IMG/VR virus record: IMGVR_UViG_3300009158_000043
Source of the DNA: an uncultured virus (IMG/VR IMGVR_UViG_3300009158_000043)
Taxonomy: Duplodnaviria; Heunggongvirae; Uroviricota; Caudoviricetes
DNA: 20,000 nt
Strand: one strand, 5' to 3'
In this document: positions 17,742-20,000 of the stretch, in pieces
Position numbering within the stretch: the stretch's first letter is position 1
Layout of the letters: the number at the start of each line of letters is the position of its first letter
Program-made: the position numbers and the translations under genes
The notes under the pieces: model-generated
Seen by the model: only the letters and a program-made list of their open reading frames with translations
What the model was told of the DNA's origin: nothing
The model's database searches: none

Positions 17742-17749
17742 AATAAATA
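17742..17749 (+). promoter_or_regulatory. Late-promoter-like AATAAATA
   Basis: 18 nt upstream of the TTG start at 17768. Confidence 0.45.
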
Positions 17750-17767
17750 ATAAAAAGAAGATTAACT

Positions 17768-18589
17768 TTGAAAAAGGATTTTATATTAGACCCGCTCTGG
17801 ATTACCCAAGGCACCTATTTAGACTCGGAATACTTTAACTATGTTCTCTTGGGTGCCAGTGTGAAGTATAAAGAGGAGATCGCAGCTGATAATATTGACC
17901 GATTTTATGAGGTCATGTTTCATATACTTAATTTGAACAATTTAGCCGTGACCGGTAACATATTTACTGCAAAATACAAAGAAATTTGGAAAGAAGCTAG
18001 AATTAAACAGATTCAGGATGAATTGAAGAAAGTATATGACTTGCCTGAAGAAACTGCAAAGATTTTTAAGAATGCAAATTACGTGTTCTTGAATATTGCT
18101 ATTGAGTACATGAAGATTCATCTTGATATCTTGGACAAGATTAAATTATTTCATATGAATAGAGATATTCATTGTGAAAAAGAAATATTTATTGTAACAA
18201 ATAAACTTGGAACAAATATTTATCGAATTTGGAAGCTGTCAGATGACCCAAAAAGAAACTTTGGCTACTCTTTCTCAAAGGTAAAAACGATCACTATTCC
18301 AGACCTGGCAAGTAATTCATTTGGAACAGCCGTTGATGCAATAAATGATCCAAAGCTAATTGGATTAACTAGTAGTAAAAATGTATGTTTTGCCGTTATT
18401 CAAGAGAAAGAAGATGAATCCATGGTTGCAAAAACTGTGAAGGACACCCTGCTTCTAAATAAAGGCATTGCTAAGAATCGCGGGTTTGAACCGCTCCTAA
18501 TTGCCGAGTTATATCGTTATATTTGGATAGAAAAAATGTTACCATTTACGCTAAGTCAATGGAGATCAGAAAATGTTAAAGAACTTTAA
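17768..18589 (+). CDS. Hypothetical phage protein (273 aa, TTG start)
   Basis: Long ORF; N-terminal LDPLWI...DSEYFNYVLL; no recognised family. Confidence 0.75.
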   Translation: MKKDFILDPLWITQGTYLDSEYFNYVLLGASVKYKEEIAADNIDRFYEVMFHILNLNNLAVTGNIFTAKYKEIWKEARIKQIQDELKKVYDLPEETAKIFKNANYVFLNIAIEYMKIHLDILDKIKLFHMNRDIHCEKEIFIVTNKLGTNIYRIWKLSDDPKRNFGYSFSKVKTITIPDLASNSFGTAVDAINDPKLIGLTSSKNVCFAVIQEKEDESMVAKTVKDTLLLNKGIAKNRGFEPLLIAELYRYIWIEKMLPFTLSQWRSENVKEL

Positions 18590-19544
18590 TCAATTTATTA
18601 CTGAAGCTCGAGGATTCTCGACAACCGTTGAGGAATATGCACAAGTGTGTAAGACTCTAATCAACGCAACGCTCGACAAATATATCGCTGCGAATAGGAC
18701 TGAGTTTACTAATTTTAGTAAGTCGATTATACTTAAAGATGCCTATCTAGAAGTATCTCAGGAGGCCGCTACTAAATTTCCATTAGACCAAATTAAGATA
18801 CTGTTTGAGATTTCGGCAGTTGACGAGGAGGAATTTATTCCCTATGCTGCGCACTATCAACGCAATTACAATAAAGTAAAATTAATTGAAGGTAAGGGTG
18901 TCAAAGTAAAAATTGATATGTTGTGTAAATTTGTTGTGCCGAAGACCGGTGGTCAAATTGATCGAGCAGTAATCAATAAGTATTTGGACGATATTTTAAA
19001 TCATGAATTGACTCATGCATACAATGATTACAAAGATCCAAATTTCTTTAAAGACTATCGTCTTGGTATGACGACTCAGTATGCTGCAGAAACATATCCA
19101 TACTTGATGAAGTCTCGAGTGCTTAAGCTATTTTTTGATTTGCTCTATGTCTTAACACCGACTGAGATAAAGGCAATTGCTGGTGAGCGTAGCGAATTTA
19201 AAAGTCAAGAAGAATTACGTGAATATAGTGGATATCGGTGGTCACAACTCGCAAGAGATTTTGACCCAGATGAATATTATGAAATTATCCTTTCCCAAAT
19301 CGAAGATCGCCGATTCGTTCAATATATTGATACGAAATTTGGTGAATTCTTTGTAAATGTATATGTTGACTCTGTACACCAAGACAGTGCAACAGTTGAC
19401 CCTAAAATTCTTAGACTTAAGAAATCTGCAGGTTTAATGGATGTGTTACGCTTCTTTGAACAAAGAATACATAAGGGCGGCCAAGAACTTTTTAGGAAAT
19501 TGGCCGCGAAAGTTACTGATCAAGGATCCGGTAAACTTATCTAG
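18573..19544 (+). CDS. Putative zincin metalloprotease-like internal head protein with a capsid-targeting-like N-terminus
   Basis: N-terminus MLKNFNQFITE-A; ILNHELTHAY (HExxH, 19002-19016) and downstream PTEIKA as candidate third Zn ligand. Confidence 0.7.
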   Translation: MLKNFNQFITEARGFSTTVEEYAQVCKTLINATLDKYIAANRTEFTNFSKSIILKDAYLEVSQEAATKFPLDQIKILFEISAVDEEEFIPYAAHYQRNYNKVKLIEGKGVKVKIDMLCKFVVPKTGGQIDRAVINKYLDDILNHELTHAYNDYKDPNFFKDYRLGMTTQYAAETYPYLMKSRVLKLFFDLLYVLTPTEIKAIAGERSEFKSQEELREYSGYRWSQLARDFDPDEYYEIILSQIEDRRFVQYIDTKFGEFFVNVYVDSVHQDSATVDPKILRLKKSAGLMDVLRFFEQRIHKGGQELFRKLAAKVTDQGSGKLI

Positions 19545-19550
19545 TCTAGG

Positions 19551-20000
19551 TTAAGCTCCAGCATATATTATATAATTCATAACTATGAATTCTGGTGAGG
19601 GGTCTGTTCCAATACCGGTTGATGATAGTATATCACCAACAGTATCAAACGGATAAGTCGCTGAGTCATATCCTACAGGAATACGGTGTTTTAAATTAGG
19701 TACCCTAAAGTTAGTTCCAGAAGTGGATCCATAAACTGTGCCAAGTGCAGCAAATAATGTAACATACGTATATCTACTATGCAGTGTCCCATCGCAGAAT
19801 AACCAGCCGTTCGGTGCAGTGGTTCCAGCAAATGGAACAGTTACTCCAATTGGCACTGCACCTAGTCCAGCAATAACTCCATTGACTAATAAGTTATCTC
19901 CAATTTCGACTGGTCCGCCGACATTTAATCCACCACCAATATTTGCATTTTGAGTTACGTCAAGTTGATCTGCACGCAGTGATTCGATATGTGCACCGCC
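19551..20000 (-). CDS. Tail fibre protein with a C-terminal phage tail collar domain (3' part; frame is open to the window end)
   Basis: VPIGVTVPFAGTTAPNGWLFCDG...Y..LFAALGTVYG...FRVPNLK.RIPVG...MNYIIYA; upstream frame reads GGAHIESLRADQLDVTQNANIGGGLNVGGPVEIGDNLLVNG without stops. Confidence 0.92.
   Translation of the reverse strand, partial: GGAHIESLRADQLDVTQNANIGGGLNVGGPVEIGDNLLVNGVIAGLGAVPIGVTVPFAGTTAPNGWLFCDGTLHSRYTYVTLFAALGTVYGSTSGTNFRVPNLKHRIPVGYDSATYPFDTVGDILSSTGIGTDPSPEFIVMNYIIYAGA

Noticed and set aside
529..19953. Short overlapping ORFs in the track (529, 1518, 2864, 4536, 4913, 6460, 7752, 10234, 11536, 11673, 12118, 15877, 16826, 17018, 17425, 19738)
   Set aside because: Antisense or out-of-frame shadows of longer well-supported genes, with no motifs or expression signals
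1..20000. Stop-codon reassignment as found in some jumbo phages
   Set aside because: Genes are full-length and tightly packed under code 11, and TAA, TAG and TGA all serve as stops

Overview
AT-rich, gene-dense 20 kb segment of a large T4-related myovirus (probably a jumbo phage), using the standard genetic code. The host is probably a Bacteroidota bacterium: starts are A-rich without Shine-Dalgarno sequences, and both the tmRNA 5' end and a small lipoprotein are Bacteroidota-style. Virion and packaging genes are scattered over both strands: gp16-like and gp17-like terminase subunits, a gp6-like baseplate wedge, gp14-, gp15- and gp3-like neck/tail proteins, a beta-helical tail fibre/spike and a tail-collar fibre. 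The window also encodes an ECF-type sigma factor, a complete tmRNA (ssrA) with an unusually long 23-codon tag, a 60-aa lipoprotein, an apparently inactivated amidoligase-like protein and an HExxH metalloprotease-like protein carrying a T4-type capsid-targeting N-terminus. A T4-late-promoter-like motif, (T/A)ATAAATA, precedes eight genes in the correct orientation. All family assignments come from motif recognition by eye; no database searches were run.
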